Source of the DNA: the human T2T-CHM13v2.0 reference genome, Homo sapiens
Strand: one strand, 5' to 3'
Assembly (NCBI RefSeq): GCF_009914755.1
Contig: NC_060933.1
Length of the DNA: 64,000 bases
Below are positions 17,021 to 33,434 of the stretch, in pieces. Position 1 is the stretch's first letter; every line of letters starts with the position of its first letter. The notes under the pieces were generated by a model that did no database searches, was not told the origin of the DNA, and worked only from the letters and a program-made list of their open reading frames with translations. A program made the position numbers and the translations under genes.

Positions 17021-18679
17021 GTGAAACCCCACGTGGCAACCCACTCAAGAAGCAGCTCCCTGATGACATATGCACTCAGAAAAGGTTTCAAAGATTCACC
17101 AAGGAAGGGCAGAGCAAGCTGGTGTCTCCTCAGGTCATTTCTGCTGTGGACAGTCACCAGGGTGTTTGTAGGAATGGTTTAAACTGGTAGCTTGTCCTTA
17201 GTCACCTATCTGACTCTGAAAGTCCAGGTAAATCTATGCCTTGGTTTCCCCATCAGGAAAATGAGAGATTTGCTTAGATTTCTTGGGTCGTTTCCGGCTC
17301 TGAAATTCTATGACTAAACACCTAGTCACACAGACAATTGTTAATTATGGAGGGAGCAAAACCAGCCCTGCCTGGGGGCTCCTTCTCCTCCTCTGCTGCC
17401 TTCAAGCTCTATTCCAGGCACAAGGGTCCTCTTGGACCCTTGGGCTGGAAGCTGCAGAGTCATTGGGCTACTGTGCCTATACACGTCCCTAGCCACGTTC
17501 ACCCACCCTGAGCCCTGTGGCTTGGGCCCCTGAGGCATCTCACCAATGGGGCATCTCGGCCCTGCCCTTCGGGGCTCATTCTCTCTTGCCCCCTCACTGT
17601 ACCACCTCCTGAGCCTGTCCCTCTATCAGAGTGCTTTGTCTCTCCCACTCTCATTTTTTTCTTTTTCTCATACAGCAAAGCTGAACAGTACAACACACCC
17701 TTGTGTATTCTCCTCCAGGAGTCAATGATGGCTAACATTTTGCCATATCTGCTCCTCTCTCCCTTCCCTCCCCATCTCTCCTCTCCTCTCCTTTTCTTCT
17801 TCTTCTCTCTCTCTCTCTCTCACACACACACATGCACACTTTCCCTCCTAAACTGTTTGAAAGTCAATTGCAGACTCCATGACACTTCAGCATGAATGTA
17901 CATAACCACAATATTATCATATCTATTAAAAGTAAAAATAATTTCGTAAAATTATCTGACAACCAGAGTAGGCGTTATCAAGAGCTCATCACATTCTCCA
18001 CTGCTGAATTTCCTGTATGGCTCTCCAGTGCCTCCAGGTTAAAGTCCAAGCTCCCTCCAGCCCTGCATCTACTTTCTATCGGCAAGCTGCCAGACCCAAC
18101 CAATTCTTGAACTCTTCTCCAGATACACCCTACATTTTCCTGCTCAAGGGGTTTCATCTACCTGGAATATCGACTCCTTGAGGTTTTACCCATCTTTTGA
18201 AGACTTGGCAAAAATTCTATGTTGTCCAAGAAACCCTCTAAAATCACTCTAGTTGAAATGCATGCATCTTTCTTTTCATATCTCCATGACACCTGAGAAG
18301 CAAATGTAATGACATATTTCATACATGGAGGAGAGCAGGGACAAAAAAATCACAGAAATGGAACTGATCCCTGATCAAACTGTGCCTGAAGTCCACTTTA
18401 CTGCTGGACCTTTTCAAGATGCCAATATATTCCCTCTATTGTTTATGCCAGTTTGAGTTACTTGCAACCGACAACATCTAACAGATACTACAGGTATTGG
18501 ACCCGACAATCATTTAGCCTTCTAAAGCTGTGAAGCCACAGAAGAAAAATATAGTGCATCATGCTCCAGTATTGGACACTTGCTCTTCTCCAAGAGCATG
18601 TCCCCCTCTCTCTACCTTTGCTTTCACTGTTTCTTTACCTGGAATGTCCTTATGTATCTTTTCCTGTCTTTTTCTTTTT

Positions 18680-19255
18680 GAAAGTGAGGTAAGATTCACA
18701 TAGCACAAAATTCACAATTTAAACCATTTTAGGTGTATAATTCAGTAGTTTTTAATATAGTCACAATGCTGTGCAATTAGCACGGCTATCTCATAGTTTT
18801 CATCACCCCCAAAAGAAACCCATATCCATTAGCAATCACTCTCCATCTCTCCTTCCCTAGCCCGAAGCAACCACTAATCTAGTTTCTGTCTCTGTGGATT
18901 TGCCGGTTTGGGACATTTTACACCAATAGAATCATACAATATGTGGCCTTTTGCGTCTGGCTTCTTTCACTGAACATAATGTTTTCAAGGTTCATCAACG
19001 TTGTAGCATGCGTCAGTACTTCATTCTTTTTGCAGCTGAGTAATATTTCCCTGTATGGATAGACCACATTTTGTTTATTCATTCATCAGCAGATGAACAT
19101 TTGGGTTGTTTCCACTTTTTGGCATTATAAATAGCTCTCCTATAAACATTCATGTCTATGTTTTTGAGCAGATGTTTTCATTTTCCTTGTGTGTATACCT
19201 AGGAGTGAACTTGCTGGGTCTTAATAGTAACTCTGTTTAACGTTTTCAGGAAAGG
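18680..19255 (-). mobile_element. L1MB-like 3' end
   Basis: tttcatcacccccaaaagaaacc...ttgcgtctggcttctttcactgaacataatgttttcaaggttcatc. Confidence 0.85.
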
Positions 19256-21248
19256 ATGAACTATTTTGCACAGCTTCTGTTTTCTTTATCCAAATCCTAT
19301 TTGTTCTTTGAAGACTTGGGGGAAAAGTCCCTCTTCTTTTTTTTTTTTTTTTTTTTTTTTTTGTGAAACATTTCTCAAGGCAGGATGAGCAGCCACCTCC
19401 TCTGCGTTTCCACAGGGCCCCGGGCGGAGCTATTCTAGCACTTGCCACCTACACTGCCATTGTCAATTAACTTGTCCCCCTGGACTGGGGGAGTCCTGAG
19501 ATCAGGGGCTGCACCTAACCCATCATTGTGGCTCCAGCATCTGGCACATAGTGGGTGCCCAGTAAATGTGGGTTTGGCAGATGAATGAATGACACGTGTC
19601 TCTCTAGTGGCTCTATGGTGCACCTGAGCTCCACGAAGTCTTCTTCATAACAGAGGACAGGCTGTGCTGAGCACCTCCTGGATGTGCGAGCCAGTGAGTG
19701 TGGGTGGGGCAGAGAGCGTGGAGCATGAGAAGGCACATGGGAAGTGGGAGTGGGAGCATGCATACATTTTAACCACACATGCGGCAAGTTCACAGACTGC
19801 CTTGGAATGAGCCAAATGAGACTGATCCAACCTGCTCATGCCTAGAAGGGGGAAGTGAGGACAATACACATGGACAAAAAGGTAGCAAAGAGCCTTGATC
19901 ACAGACAGGTGCTGGAGATAACAACAGTCCAGCCCTCAGGCTGGGATAGAGCTCTGTTGCCTATGGAGCAATTTCCCATCCATCAGCTCATTTGACAGTC
20001 AGCATGGGGTATGAAGGAGCCGAGCTTTGGGGATTAGCAGGCCTGGCTTCTCACCTCTGAGCCCCACTTGCTACCTATGTGATTCAGAGCTCTCCAGGTG
20101 CTCCCCTGCAAAATGGAAACAGAACACTCTCTGCAGCAGAGTCTGCAGGATTAAATGAGTGGATGGCCATGGAAGTGCACTGGAAGGTGTAAATCTATCC
20201 TGCACGTTTGCTCTTGGCAGCAGTGCACCTCAGGACCTGGGAGGTTGGCAGGGTAGTTATGTCAGTTTTCTTAGGGAGTCAGGAAATTCTGGGGCAGGGA
20301 GTGGAAACAAATCAGACTGATTGACCTCCTTCTATGTGCCAGGCTCAGAACTAGGTACTTGAACATGTTATCTCAGTTAATGACGCTCACAGTAAACCTG
20401 TGAGGGAGGAATGAACTTCCCCTATGGGCACTGGGGCTCAGAGAGGTTAAGTCACTCACCCAAGGTCACGCAGCTGGGAGGTGGCAGAATCTGGTCCAAA
20501 ACCTTGTATCATTGTGTTTACAGATGCCGCACTGTTCCTCCAAAGCACACAGTGCAGGGGCCTGGGCTGGTGACTGCATTCTATTTCCTTGGCATGTGAA
20601 TGCATTTCCAGAAGCCTGCCATATATTTTTAATAATTGGTATGAACATGCAATCTCTCGTCAGCTGGCTTCCCGTCTGCTGTAAGACGCAGATAAGAAAG
20701 AAAGAGCCTGAACAGACACAGGAAAATCCTCCACGCCCATTGGCGGAAATCATGCAGGCCCTGAGTACCTTTCTCACTTTAATTCTTCGAGTCTTCTGTG
20801 TCTGAATCGTGGAAGAAAATGACTTCTTGGGTAAAATATTAAAACGCCACATGTGGATGTTCATAGTCTCGCTCTGGCAGCCCTGGTAATAATGGCTCAG
20901 AGAGGCCTCTGCAGCCTGGGTCTGGGAGTCAGATTTGATTCCTCTGAGATTCCTGAGCCAGGAACACGCTGGGCTGGGCTCAGGGGTCCCAGTGGCAACG
21001 AGTCAGACACAAGAAGATGGCAATGTGAAGGGCTGGCTTCCGTGGGCTCTGCAAGGGTTCAGGGCAGAGCAGCCAAAGGCCGGGTAATAAATGATGCTCT
21101 GTATGAGGGCTAACCTTCATCAAGTGCTCTCCAGGTGCTGGGTGTGGGCAAATCTTACAGGCATCCCTTCTAGTCCTCCCCAAAGCTCAGTAAAGTGGGC
21201 ACTTCTCCTATCTAGGCCCATTTTAAGGCTGAAGCCCTCAGAAATGAT

Positions 21249-21698
21249 ACTCATTTTCTAGAGCTGTTGTAACAAACTACCATAAATTGGGCGGCTTAAA
21301 ACAATAGACAATTAATCCTTGCACAGTTCTGGAGGCCAGAAGTCCAAAGTCAAGATGTCCGTTGGGCTGTGCTCCTTCTGAAGGCTCAAGAGAAGAATCC
21401 TGCCATGTCTTCTCCAGCTCCCGGTGGCCCCAGGCATTCCATGCTGTGGCTGCATCATTCTGCCTCCATCTCCGCATGGCCTTCTCCCCTGTGTCTGTGT
21501 CCCTCTATGTGTATTTTTTATAAGGACACCTGTCATCGAGTTTAGGGCCCATCCGGGTAATCCAAAATGATTTCTTCTGAAGACCCTTAACATAATGACA
21601 TCTGCAAAGACCCCTTTAGCAAATAAGGCCACATTTCACAGGTCCAGGGGTAAGGATGCATATATCGTTTAGGGGGAATGACAATTCAGCCCAGTACA
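21249..21698 (-). mobile_element. MLT1A/B/C-like MaLR solo LTR inserted in a MIR
   Basis: gctgttgtaacaaactaccataaattgggcggcttaaaacaa...cagttctggaggccagaagtcc...catctgcaaagacccc...acaattcagccc. Confidence 0.85.
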
Positions 21699-21789
21699 CT
21701 AACCTAACTTCACACAGTAAGTGGCTGAACTGGGATTTGGAGTTAAGCCTAGCTCCAGAGTCTACTTGCTTAACCACTAAGGGCTACAT

Positions 21790-21975
21790 GTTGTATATTT
21801 ACCAGCTGTGTGACCATGGGCATGTTATTTAACCCCTCTGTGCCTCAGTTTCCTCATCTGTAGACTGGGGATAATAATGGTAATTCCCACATGGGGTTGT
21901 TGTGAAGACTGAATGAGTTGATAAAGCAAAGAACTTGGAACAGTGCTTACCACATAGCATGCACTCAAGAAAAGC
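21790..21975 (+). mobile_element. MIR
   Basis: gctgtgtgaccatgggcatgttatttaacccctctgtgcctcagtttcctcatctgta. Confidence 0.8.
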
Positions 21976-23409
21976 TGTTGCTATGATTATTTTTGCTATT
22001 GTTACTCCTAAGACAATGCAGCTTTGTTGAAATCCTAGAAGAAGGCTGAGTAGATCTAGTACTAAGGATGAAGCGGGACTGGAAGGTGAAGCTCTCAGAT
22101 CTAAACTTGCTGGATTTGAATATCTGTTCACTCTCATGAACCATCAACCAGATAATCACAGATGTGAAAGAGATTTAAGCATTTGTAAGAGAACATTATG
22201 CACAATTGGAAGCTAATAATTTTGAAAGCATCAATGAAGAAAAAGAAAACAAAGGGACGGATGCAAAAAGAAGCAGGAAGTGTGAATGGATCAATCCCAG
22301 TGGAAGGGATACTGACTCATCCAATACCACAAGGCTTGGGCTGGGTTCCAGTTCTCATGCGTAGCAAGCAAGGTTATCTCAGGCCAGTCAGGTCACCTAC
22401 TCAGCTTTAGTTTCCTCTGATGAATCTCTAAAATGGGGATGTCAAGGTGCTTTGTGAACTTTGCCATGCTGTTGAAATGTGAGACACTGTTGTCATTATT
22501 ATAGTACGTGTTTGCTTACTATTGGGTGCTTGCATGTGAGTAGGGTAAGCCTGGAGTTGGGGTACCAGTCCAGAGAAGGGCAAGAGTATGGGTGGGTGGG
22601 CTGGGAAGTGAGATTTGGGCAGGACCAGCAATGATCGTGTTTCTTCTGGCTGCTGTCCCCTAAGGGGTGGTTCACAGGTTGTCTCAGCCTCCTCTGACAT
22701 GAACAGAGCATCTTTGGGGCATGTTAAATGTTTCATCCTTTGTCAAGGACAAAACAACTCAGTATTTGAAGCTTAATCCACTATCGCTTTAGGGAGAAAC
22801 TTCAAGCTAAACAAGGGCAGAAAAGAATGAACATCCCACCACAGGGCTGGCGGTTCCTTTCCGAGCCACCATGAGTGCTGAGGTGCCTGGACACTGTGGT
22901 TCCCTTGTCCTTTTTTCTTCCCTGTTGGTTTCTGTGGTCAGTGGTTTCCTTGTGATTGTAGAGCACTTAGAAACAAACCTGCCTAAAGTTCTGGTGTGGA
23001 ACTTGCTCACCCTCTGTCTTCCCATTGCAATGAACAATGCTGCAGAAATAGAAACCTCATAGAAACCTCCCTTTTTTCCTCTTCCTTGCTCTCTCTCTTC
23101 CACTGGAGAAACAATTGTTCAAATGCTAACACAAAGATTTTCAGAAAAATATGAGACCAGAGGGCCTGCGTAGCTCTTTGGGGTCTGCACACATGAACTC
23201 CCCAGGTGGGCCTCTCTCTGAGTCTGTAATTCTTTTGTCATCATCATCATCTCTGGCTGGCAGGGACCAACTGGACTTCAGATTTTCTGGATTCAGCCTT
23301 TTCTTCTTTTACTTTCTAGTCGTAAAAATTTATTGTCCTGAGTCTATTTATCACCCTGGTATCCAAGGTACAGTCTTGGGCCCTTCCTAGAGATTCGTGA
23401 GAGTCTGGA

Positions 23410-23580
23410 CCAGAGAATCTCAACTCCGGCTGCACACCAGAACCCATGGCAACTTTAAAAAATTCCTGATGCACAGGGCCCTTTCTAAGCCAGTTAAATC
23501 AGATATTTTGGGGGGTGTGACCCGGGCCGGTATTTTCAAAAAGATCTTTTCTGGGTGATGTAGCAGGATTGAGAACCACG
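23410..23580. mobile_element. MER5-like hAT MITE
   Basis: tctcaactccggctgcacaccagaa...ggattgagaaccac termini. Confidence 0.65.
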
Positions 23581-23784
23581 AGTCAAGTTTCTCTTTGAAA
23601 TCATTCAACAACAACAACAACAACAACAACCAAACTTCCTCTTCACCTTTAAAACATTACTTATTTTTCTTTTTAGTATCAACATATTCATCCAATAGTT
23701 CAATCCAGCTACTGAGCAACCACATTACCTACTCAGCTGTTGTCAGTGCTGACAAGAATCATGCCAGGGAAGCTTGTCCATCAT

Positions 23785-24360
23785 CCATTCATTCATGCAC
23801 GCATTCCTTTGTTCATTCATTCACTCATCCATTCAACCAACATATATTGAGCTGTGTGTCTGTCTGGCCCTGTGCAAGGCCATGGAGAAAGAGCTCTGAG
23901 TAAGATAGTTAAGGGCCCTGTTTCATGGGGCTCACATTCTAGTGGATGATAGAATATAGATGAGAGAACGAGGAATAAGCAATGTGATGGAGAAACAGGG
24001 GAGGTGAGAAAGAATGTTGGGGGACATTTAAGGATCTGGTGATCAGGGAGGTGGCATTTAAGCTAGATCTGAATGACAGGAAAGAGTCTGAAAAGGTTTG
24101 GAGGAAGAGCGTTCCAGGCAGAAGAATCATGAATGCAAAGGCACAAAGTTGGGAATAAAGTTGGAGTGTTAGAGCTCCAGACAGAAGGCCCACATGGCTA
24201 AAGACTGGGGTGAGCACAGGGAGAGGAACTAGATGAAGTCAGATATGGAGTGGGACTGGATTGTGTAGGACCTGTAGCAAGGTAAGAAGTGTGGGTTTTA
24301 TTTTAAATTGGAGAATTTTAAGTGCAAAATAGTAAGATACGTCGTGCGTTTAAAAAAGAT
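23785..24360 (-). mobile_element. L2 3' region
   Basis: cattcattca tail; gagctcacattctagtgg-like and gttccaggcagaagaatc...tgcaaaggc motifs. Confidence 0.7.
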
Positions 24361-24364
24361 ATCT

Positions 24365-24713
<349 letters not shown>

Positions 24714-24963
24714 TTAAACACTCCAATTGAAATGCAGAGATTGGCAGAATGAATTAAAAAAAACATGATCTGACTATATTTGCTGTATATGTGACTCACT
24801 TTTGATTCAAAGATATAAGTAGGTTGAAAGTCTATCCGAGAATTTTTTGGCTATTCAGGAAAATGGAATATGAAGCATACAAATTGGAATGAAAGGAGCA
24901 AAACTCTCTATTTGCAAATTATATAATCTTATGGGTAGAAAATTCTAAAGAATCCACCAAGAA

Positions 24964-25259
<296 letters not shown>

Positions 25260-25688
25260 TTGCTGAAAGAAATTAAAGAAGACCTAAATAAATGAAAAGA
25301 TAGCCCATGTTCATGAATTGGAAGACAATATTCTTAAGATGGCAATACTCCCCATATTATCTACAAACTCAAATCAACGCTTATGAAAATCCCAACAGCC
25401 TTTTTTACAGACATGAAAAAACTGATCGTATAAATCATATGGAATCTCAAGGGACCCTGCATAGCTAAAACAATCTTGCAAGAGAAGAAAAAAATCAGAA
25501 GACTCACACTTCCAATTTTAATTGCCACAAAGCTACAATAATCAAGTCAGCATGGTGTTGGCATAAGGATAGACATATAAATTGGTGGAATAGAATTGAG
25601 AATCCAGAAATACAAGTACACATCCATGGTCAGCTGATTTTCAACATGGGTTACAAGACTATTCAATGGGGAAAGGATATTCTTTTCA

Positions 25689-26061
<373 letters not shown>

Positions 26062-27804
26062 TCAGAATGGATCAAATACCTAAATGTAAGAACAAATAGT
26101 ATAAAACTCTTAGAAGAAGACATAAGTGTAAATCTTCATGAGCTTGGATCAGACAATAGTTTCTTAGCTATGACACCTAAAGCAGAAATAATAAAAGAAA
26201 AAATATATAAATTGCACTTTATCAAAATTAAAATTTTTCATGTGTCAGAGGACATTATTGAGAAAATGCAAAGACAACTCACAGAATGAGAGAAAATATT
26301 TGTAAATTATATATCTGACAAAGGCCTAGTATCTAGAATATATAAAGAACTCTTACAACTCCACAAAAAACAGATGAATAATTCAATTAAAAATGGGCAA
26401 AGTCTCTGAATAGACATTTCTCCAACAAAGATACATAAATGGCCAATAAGCATGTAAAAAGACACTCAGCACCATTAGTCATTAGTTATTTGATAGTCAT
26501 TCTCATCAAAACCACCAGAAACCTTTATACTCACTAAGATGGCTATAATCAAAAAGGCAGATAAATAACAAGGATTGGCAGCAATGTGGAGAAATTGGAA
26601 CCCTCATATATTGCTGGTGGGAATGTAAAATGGTGCAGCTACTGTGAAAAATTGGCCGTTCCTAAAAATGTTAACATGAGTTAACATGGTTACCATGTAG
26701 CCCAGCAATTCCACTCCCAGGTATATATCCAAGAGAACTAAAAGCATATGTTCACACAAAAATTTGTGCATGAATGCTCACATTAGCATTATTCATAATA
26801 GTCAAGAGTTGAAACAACCAAAATATCTATGAAATGTTGAATGGAAAAACAAAATGCAATATATTAAAACAAGGGGATATTACTTAGCCATAAAAAGAAA
26901 TAAAGTGCAGATACATGAAGGAACCTTGAAAACATTACGCTAAGTGAAAGAAGCCAGGCACAAAAGTCCATAGATTGTTTGATTCCATTGACATGAAATG
27001 TCCACAATAGACAAATCCATAAAGGCTGAAAATAGATGAGTGGTTGCTAGGGACTGGAGGGAAGGGAAAAAGAAGGGGTGATGGATAAAAGAAGGTTTCT
27101 TTTTGGGGTGACAACGTTTTTCTCAAATAAGATAGTGGTGATAGTTGCACAGCTTTATGAATAGGCTAAAAACCACTAGGGTATACATTTAAAGACTGAA
27201 TTTTATGATATGTGAATTATATCTCAAAAAAAAAAAAAAAAAAGAAACAAAAAGAAAAAGATCCCTCTGTCTGCCAGTCAGCCATGCAGAGAATGACTTG
27301 GAAGGAGCAATGAGCTGGAGTCTGCCTTGGAAAGCTATGATTACATCCACCACCACAAACAACTCAGTGACTTCAACAATAAAGGCTCTTTATTCACCAA
27401 ACCACTTGCTCATTTTGCACCACCTGTAGCCTTGCCTCATTGCACCCCAACTCTGGAATGGCAGATGATAAGAGATGACGGTGGTGTGGACCCCAGTCAC
27501 AGCAGTGGAGGCAGACAGAAGTGATGGATTAGGATGTGATTTGGCAATAGCGTCTGCAGAACAGGTACAAAATTTTTCAGAGAATAGCCCATAGATCTAA
27601 CAAGATTTCTCTAAGGTGTGTTTCCTCAGTTATTCAACTAATATTATTTATTGAGTATGTACTATGTGCCAGGTACTTTTTCAGATGTTGAGGATATAGC
27701 AGTGAATGAAACACAACCCTCCCTCCCCCTGTATTCTCATGGAGCTCACATTCTAGTGAATGGTGTGGTATTTGTACAGCAACCAAAAGCCAGGGGAATA
27801 TGCT

Positions 27805-28178
27805 AGTGTAGTCATCATGGCTGAATAGCAATACCTGGTTCTCTCTTTCCTTCTGGGCACACGGTAGGATTGCTCTTCCCTGGCTCACTGAACTCGGGCA
27901 TGGACATATGATGCATTCTGGGCAATGAGATATGGGTAGAAGTGACATGTGACACTCTGGGGTGGAAGCTCAAAGCTGGCACACACTTTGCCGCACACTC
28001 TTTCCCTTTGCCACCAGCTGTGTCCCGGGGTAGGACACCATGGTGGGGGAAAGCTGCAGCTGGTTCTCAGTGGACAAGTGCTGTGATGAAAAAAGAACAT
28101 TTATTGCTTTAATCCAGTGAGGGGTTTTTTTTTTTTTTTTGTTACTACAGCAAAACCTAGCAGACCCTGACTAATGCA
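27805..28178 (+). mobile_element. MLT1 (J/I-like) MaLR LTR
   Basis: ttctgggcacacggtaggattgctcttccctg...gcaatgagatatgggtagaagtgacatgtg...gttactacagcaaaacctagc...ctgactaatgca. Confidence 0.75.
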
Positions 28179-28373
28179 TGTTCTCTCTCACTTCTTTGCC
28201 CTCTGAGAGACATTAACCCAGATTCAATCTTAGTTCATACTTTAGAAAATTAAGTCCAGTGTCTCAGCACAGTAACTTAAACTTAAAACCAAGTGTTTGG
28301 AGGCAAATGTCATCAAGAGGGTACTGTTGCTGTTGTTTACAATCTATTCTGTGTGTGTGTTTCTCTCTCTCTC

Positions 28374-28499
28374 TTTTTTTTTTTGAGACGGGGTCTCGTC
28401 ATGTTGCCCAGGCTAGTCTTGAACTCCTAGGCTCAAGTGATCCTCTTGCCTTGGCTTCCCAAAGTGTTGAAATTACAGGCATAAGCCACCACGCCTGGC
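28374..28499 (-). mobile_element. Alu monomer (FLAM-like)
   Basis: Single left-arm monomer; flanking direct repeat tgtgtgtttctct. Confidence 0.88.
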
Positions 28500-29899
28500 T
28501 CATGCCTGTGTGTTTCTCTGATAGCATCAACCACAGACCTACCAGCAGCAAGCTGGTAACACCACCCTTTATGGACATACCTAATCTTGCTCATCAGACA
28601 TGCAGTACGTAAGGGAGCATGGCAGACAATGGGTACCCCATAAATGCTGAAGGAGCACCCTGATGATGAACCATTTACCAAGAGGTAGGTTGGTTGGAGT
28701 TTACCCACAGAAAAGAGGGAAGGTCTTCATGGGGACTGCAGCCTGTATTTCTGCCAACATGGATGTGTGGCATTGGGTTAAAAATAATAAAAATTTAAAG
28801 ACTCTTTTTGCTCAGGAACAAAAATGGCTTTAACAAGACAAATACAGTGGTCAGAAGAAGCCAGGATGTCACACAAGTTTCCAATCATTCTGTTCATGAC
28901 ACTTGAGAATTTCTAGCAAACAGCTCATGCCCTGAAGAGTTCCTGGACAGGTAGAGATGGAGAAGTTCCAGCTTCAGGGCTGGCCCTGGTGCTGTGGCTC
29001 TGTCTTTTGTGATTTGTGTCCTAATGGGCCTCTGGCTGGCCCCATGTGCTGCCCACAGACATAAGGGAAGCCAACAAGGAAGATGAAATCAACTGCAATC
29101 TCTCGTGAATCCAACACACCTTTCCACACAAGATGTTCCAGAATCGCGGCGGTGGCTGGCAGAGCTATTCTGTCCATACACTGGGCCCAGACACATCTGT
29201 GCCCACAATGCTGACTGCAGAGCCGAGCCGAGGCTGGGCCAGGATCCATGCCAGAAGGCACGTGGCTGTGGACACCCTTAAAATGTCTCTCTGGCATATC
29301 ATTCCAATTAAATCTCGCCTGAAGTTCTTGTTTTAATAACTTAATCTAGAATTTACACCTTGCCTCCTCTCCCAGAGGGCTCAAGACAGCACACATTAAA
29401 AGCCTAAATACAACAGGACAGTTAAAAATAAAGACGAATGATCAGAAGGTGAGATAATCCTCCAGGAACCTGAGATAAGATGGTTATTGCGGCTGAGCGT
29501 TGAATTTGGCTCCAACTTTCTGGCAGCCAAGGTTAAAAAGAACACAGAGTGGCTTATCCAGTTACGATTGCCTGATGGAAGGAAGGAAGTAGATACAAGT
29601 TCACGGAGAGAGCACAGCCCATTTCCTGGTACTCAGTTCCACGAGGACCTAACCTGTGGATCTTTATCTCGGGGACACAAACTGAACAACATCCTTCGTA
29701 GTAGATGCTGAATCATGCTTCACTTGGCAGCCTCAGCCCCAGAAGTGGGCTCTTGACAAAAGGTGAGGGTGTAATATTAAATTAAATTGCAACTCGGCAA
29801 AGACATTTCTTCGAGAAGCCGGCTTAATGGGCCCAGACAGATGGGTTGAAATTGGACATATGGAGGCATGGGGAGAGCTCCAGGTGGAGGGAATAATTT

Positions 29900-30440
29900 A
29901 GTCAATAAATATTTACTGAATACTTACTTTGAGCCAGGCACTGGTGGTGGGTGCTGGGGACACACAGATGGCCATGGCCTTTGAGGAGGTCACAGACAAG
30001 AGGGGACCGGCACACAGACAGGCAATGATCAGTTCTGTGACCAGAATGAGGGTGAACAGTGTGAGATGGAAGCACAGGACACAGGTGTCCATCCAGGCAG
30101 CCCATGTGGTCCACAGGCCCCTGGAGGAGATGCTTCTAAGCTGCCTCTCAAAGGTCAAGCAGGGATTTTACATATGAAGATGGCATATTGGGGGTGGAAA
30201 GGGGGTGTTCTGGGTAGAAGGTGCGCAGGCATAGAGGAAGAGAGTGGGATGCTTTGGAGAAGTAACAATAGCTCAGGGTAGCTGAGCACAAGGAACAAGG
30301 AAGGGGGTTGTGAGAGATAAGGCTAGGGAGGCGAGCCAGCCGGATCATCAAAGGCCTCCTGAGCTGAGCTAAGGAGTACAGACTTCATCCTTTAGCTGCT
30401 GGGGAAAATTTTAAACAGGAGAATGATGTGGTTAGAACTT
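29900..30440 (-). mobile_element. L2 fragment
   Basis: caataaatatttactgaatacttactttgagccaggcactg...tttaaacaggagaatgatgtg. Confidence 0.7.
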
Positions 30441-31518
30441 CAGATGGGGTATGGTCCTCCCTAGGAGGAGTTGGCCAGGCTAATGGAGGCAGCCCATGGG
30501 TAATGGACCAACCAACGGCCCCTGTGGAGTTCCACTGCCCTGCCTGGACCATGGTCTGCATCTGGCTGGGGCCCCAGCCTGGCCATCCAGGGCACCATGG
30601 ATAACTATGTGTGACAAGACCAGCCTCACTCACTGTTCAGGGCTGATGGCTCCAGCAGTGAGGACCCATCACTTGGAGTGTGACCCTTAGCATCCAAAGC
30701 CTTTGGCCACCAGGCCACCTGTGAGCAGCCTACTGGGTAGGGCAGACCCTGGTCTCCAGCACTTCCCCCACCCAGGCCATTACAATGTCTCTTTATTTTC
30801 AAATGAGTAGCGTGAAGTCAGGCTTGGACAGGCTTTATGAAGATACCAGCTGTTTCCTGAAAGTGCCTGCTTTAGGATTGACTTTTTTTCCCCCCAGAGC
30901 AGCTGTAGAGGGAGATAGAAGGTAAGAGTTGAAATTATTTAAAACTCTATGTGTTTGCCTCTTCCAATATCTGTTTCCATAGAAACATAACTGGTATAAC
31001 CACCAGGCTCAAAGCCAAGTGTAGTTCCATGATTCCAAATCCCCTGTGTGCTTCCACAGAAGAATGGCAAGACTACGGAAGCTGGAGGAAAGTTCTGAAA
31101 TATCCCTTTGTCCCAAATGGCCCTTAACTTGATTACTGCTCAAATGGCCAGAAAGCCACAGAAGCTAGAGTGTAGGGAATTCCTGACATAGGTTGCTTGG
31201 CATCCTGTGGGGACCAGGATGAGAGAAGACTTCGGGGTGTGCAGGCAGCCTCAGGATCCTGCCACAGTGGCTGCCCTGTGGTTCCGTGGCTCACCTGGGT
31301 GTTCAATATTCAGTGACCTTGAGTGCTGTCTGCCATGTCGCTCCATTTCAAGACCATTTTGGAATGGTCAGGTGGAGGTGTAAATGGTGGCTTGCTATGA
31401 AAGGAAGGCTTGGGAAAAAATGAACAACCCTCCACCTAGGATCACACCATCTGTATGTACTGAGTTTACTTTTGGGGAAAATTATCTCAAATTATTTTCC
31501 TTAAAAGAAAAGAATCCT

Positions 31519-32235
<717 letters not shown>

Positions 32236-32859
32236 CAAGTAGAGTAGGTGCTCAAAAAAGAGAGCTATTTTCCTTTTTTCCAAGAATACAAATCATATTT
32301 TAAAAACCTTTTTAACATATTTGGCAGGTTTATCTACACCTGCTATATCTGAAATGCAGAAACAGCCAATCTTTCCATCAGACTCTAAAGAAGAGGAAAG
32401 GCTGAGATGGGATGCAGGAGCACTGAGCACAGGGCCAGTTCATGGGACACCTGTCAGTCCTTGCCTCAGTCTGGGGCATTTGTCTCTGGAGCCCTCACTC
32501 TCCCTTTTCAAATTCTTCCATTTGTGAATGGCTCTCTCTTGACCATCTGCCTGGGGACAGCTCTCTCTCCTGTCCCCTCACCAGTGATGGTTCTCTCTCC
32601 TGGTATCCCACTGCTTAAAATTCTCCTTCCCTGGCTCGTCCTCCTGTGCGCATGGCTGTTTAATCACTCAGTGATTCCCGGGGCTCCTATGGGGACTTCT
32701 TCACTTCTCACTGCACCCACTTTCTCTGGGTTACTACACTCACTCTCATGACTCTATCCTCAATGTGCTAACTAGCTGCTTCCCCACAAATCTCTACCGA
32801 CTGGACAAACTACTCTTTTGTCCACTGGGACCCTGCAGCCCATCTTCTTAGCCCTTTTG

Positions 32860-33320
32860 CCTAGAAGGCCCTCAGGTGACTCAAACTTATGGCCAGAAAT
32901 GAATTCCCCATGTTGCCTCCCAAGCCCATTCTCATTCCACACCTGCCTTAATGAAGAGGTTCCCCAAGCACCCCAGGCAGAAATCTGAGCATTGCCCTCC
33001 CTGCCCCCATATCACTACCCCTTAGAGTCAGTCAATCACCACGTCTCGTCATGTCTGCTCCCTACATAGCTCTCAAATCCACACCCTTCTCTGTTCCCAC
33101 TGTGACTGCCCTGGCTTAGGTCGCCACCAGCTTTTGCCTGAATTACTGCAAAAACATCCAGCTATCACTGGGCTTCCAGCCTCGCCCCTCCATCTGTTCT
33201 CACCGTGCAGCCAGGGCAAAGCTGATCATGTCACTCCCCTGATGAGATATCTTTAATTTTGAAGTTTAAACTCCTCTTCTTAGCACACAAGATCCCTAAC
33301 AATCTTAGCTCTGCCTGAGT
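32860..33320 (+). mobile_element. L2 fragment
   Basis: ctcaaacttatggccagaaatgaatt...ttgcctgaattactgc...gatcatgtcactcccct. Confidence 0.65.
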
Positions 33321-33434
33321 CATCATTCGACCTTCCTCTAATTTCCTCAAAGGCATCCTCAGTTTTGGCCATCAAAACTATTCAAAACTATTTCATAGTG
33401 GCTTTTTAACTTTTTAAGAAAAGAAAAGATACAT

